Origin: an uncultured Acidobacteriota bacterium | GTDB taxonomy: Bacteria > Acidobacteriota > Thermoanaerobaculia > Multivoradales > UBA5704 | Assembly: GCA_963700145.1 (NCBI GenBank) | Contig: OY969474.1 | Location: 4,096,001 to 4,160,000, forward strand | Direction: 5' to 3' | DNA: 64,000 nt | Shown: piece by piece, positions 63,498-64,000 of the stretch | How positions within the stretch are numbered: the stretch's first letter is position 1 | Layout: each line of letters starts with the position of its first letter | Position numbers and translations under genes: made by a program | The notes under the pieces: generated by a model | What the model was told of the DNA's origin: nothing | The model's input: the letters and a program-made list of their open reading frames with translations, nothing else | Database searches by the model: none

Positions 63498-63829
63498 ACG
63501 TATACGACCTTCTCGTCTCCCCCCTGGCCTTCCAGGGGTCGCCCCCGGCGCAGAGCCCCTGGCTGGGGCTGGTGCCGATGATCGCGATCTTCGCGATCTT
63601 CTACCTCCTGCTGGTGGCGCCGATGCGCAAGAAGCAGCGCGCGCTGCAGCAGACGGTCGAGGCGCTGAAGCGCGGTGACAAGGTCGTCACCAACGGCGGC
63701 ATCTACGGCGAGATCGCCGGCATCGAGGGCAACGTCATCCTGCTCAAGGTGGCCGACAACGTCCGCCTGCGGGTGGCCAAGTCGGCGATCGCCGGCCTCG
63801 AGGAGCGTAAGGAAGAGGTGAGCTCATGA
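63494..63829 (+). CDS. yajC: Preprotein translocase subunit YajC
   Basis: IFY.LL..P..K.Q, LK.GDKVVT.GGIYG. Confidence 0.95.
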
Positions 63830-64000
63830 ACCGCAGTCTCGTCTGGCGCGGCGTGCTGATCCTGGTGATCGTCGCCGCGTCGATCTTCGCCGTCTATCCG
63901 CCCAAGGAGAAGATCAACCTGGGACTCGACCTGCGCGGCGGCATGCACCTGGTGCTCCAGGTCAAGAGCGAGGACGCCCTGCGCGCCGAGACCGACGGCG
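63826..64000 (+). CDS. secD: Protein translocase subunit SecD (5' part only)
   Basis: INLGLDLRGGMHLVLQV after a TM helix; tgt-yajC-secD synteny. Confidence 0.93.
   Translation, partial: MNRSLVWRGVLILVIVAASIFAVYPPKEKINLGLDLRGGMHLVLQVKSEDALRAETDG

Overview
Very GC-rich bacterial chromosomal segment. Gene content and style suggest Acidobacteriota (Thermoanaerobaculia-like), which is an inference. The core is housekeeping genes: murA, prmC, prfA, rpmE, PBP1b, tmk, holB-like, trmB, folK, lolA, tgt, yajC, secD. Between them lie many secreted enzymes (M14, M4/M36 and S8 peptidases, an EEP nuclease, a phosphoesterase), a TonB-dependent receptor, a sigma54 two-component system, an ECF sigma/anti-sigma pair, and small accessory inserts (three toxin-antitoxin loci, an IS1-like remnant). 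The best candidate for an undescribed system is a compositionally foreign, stand-alone UG/Abi-clade (DRT-like) reverse transcriptase at 55557-57128. It has a non-canonical YVDE active site and a C-terminal Tyr, and is flanked by a candidate ncRNA leader, a decayed copy of the adjacent HD dNTPase 5' end and a 21-bp-period array. Other notable signals: a second 21-bp palindromic array upstream of a sigma54 promoter, four sigma54 -24/-12 motifs, folK and tgt lacking canonical start codons, and an orphan pntA.
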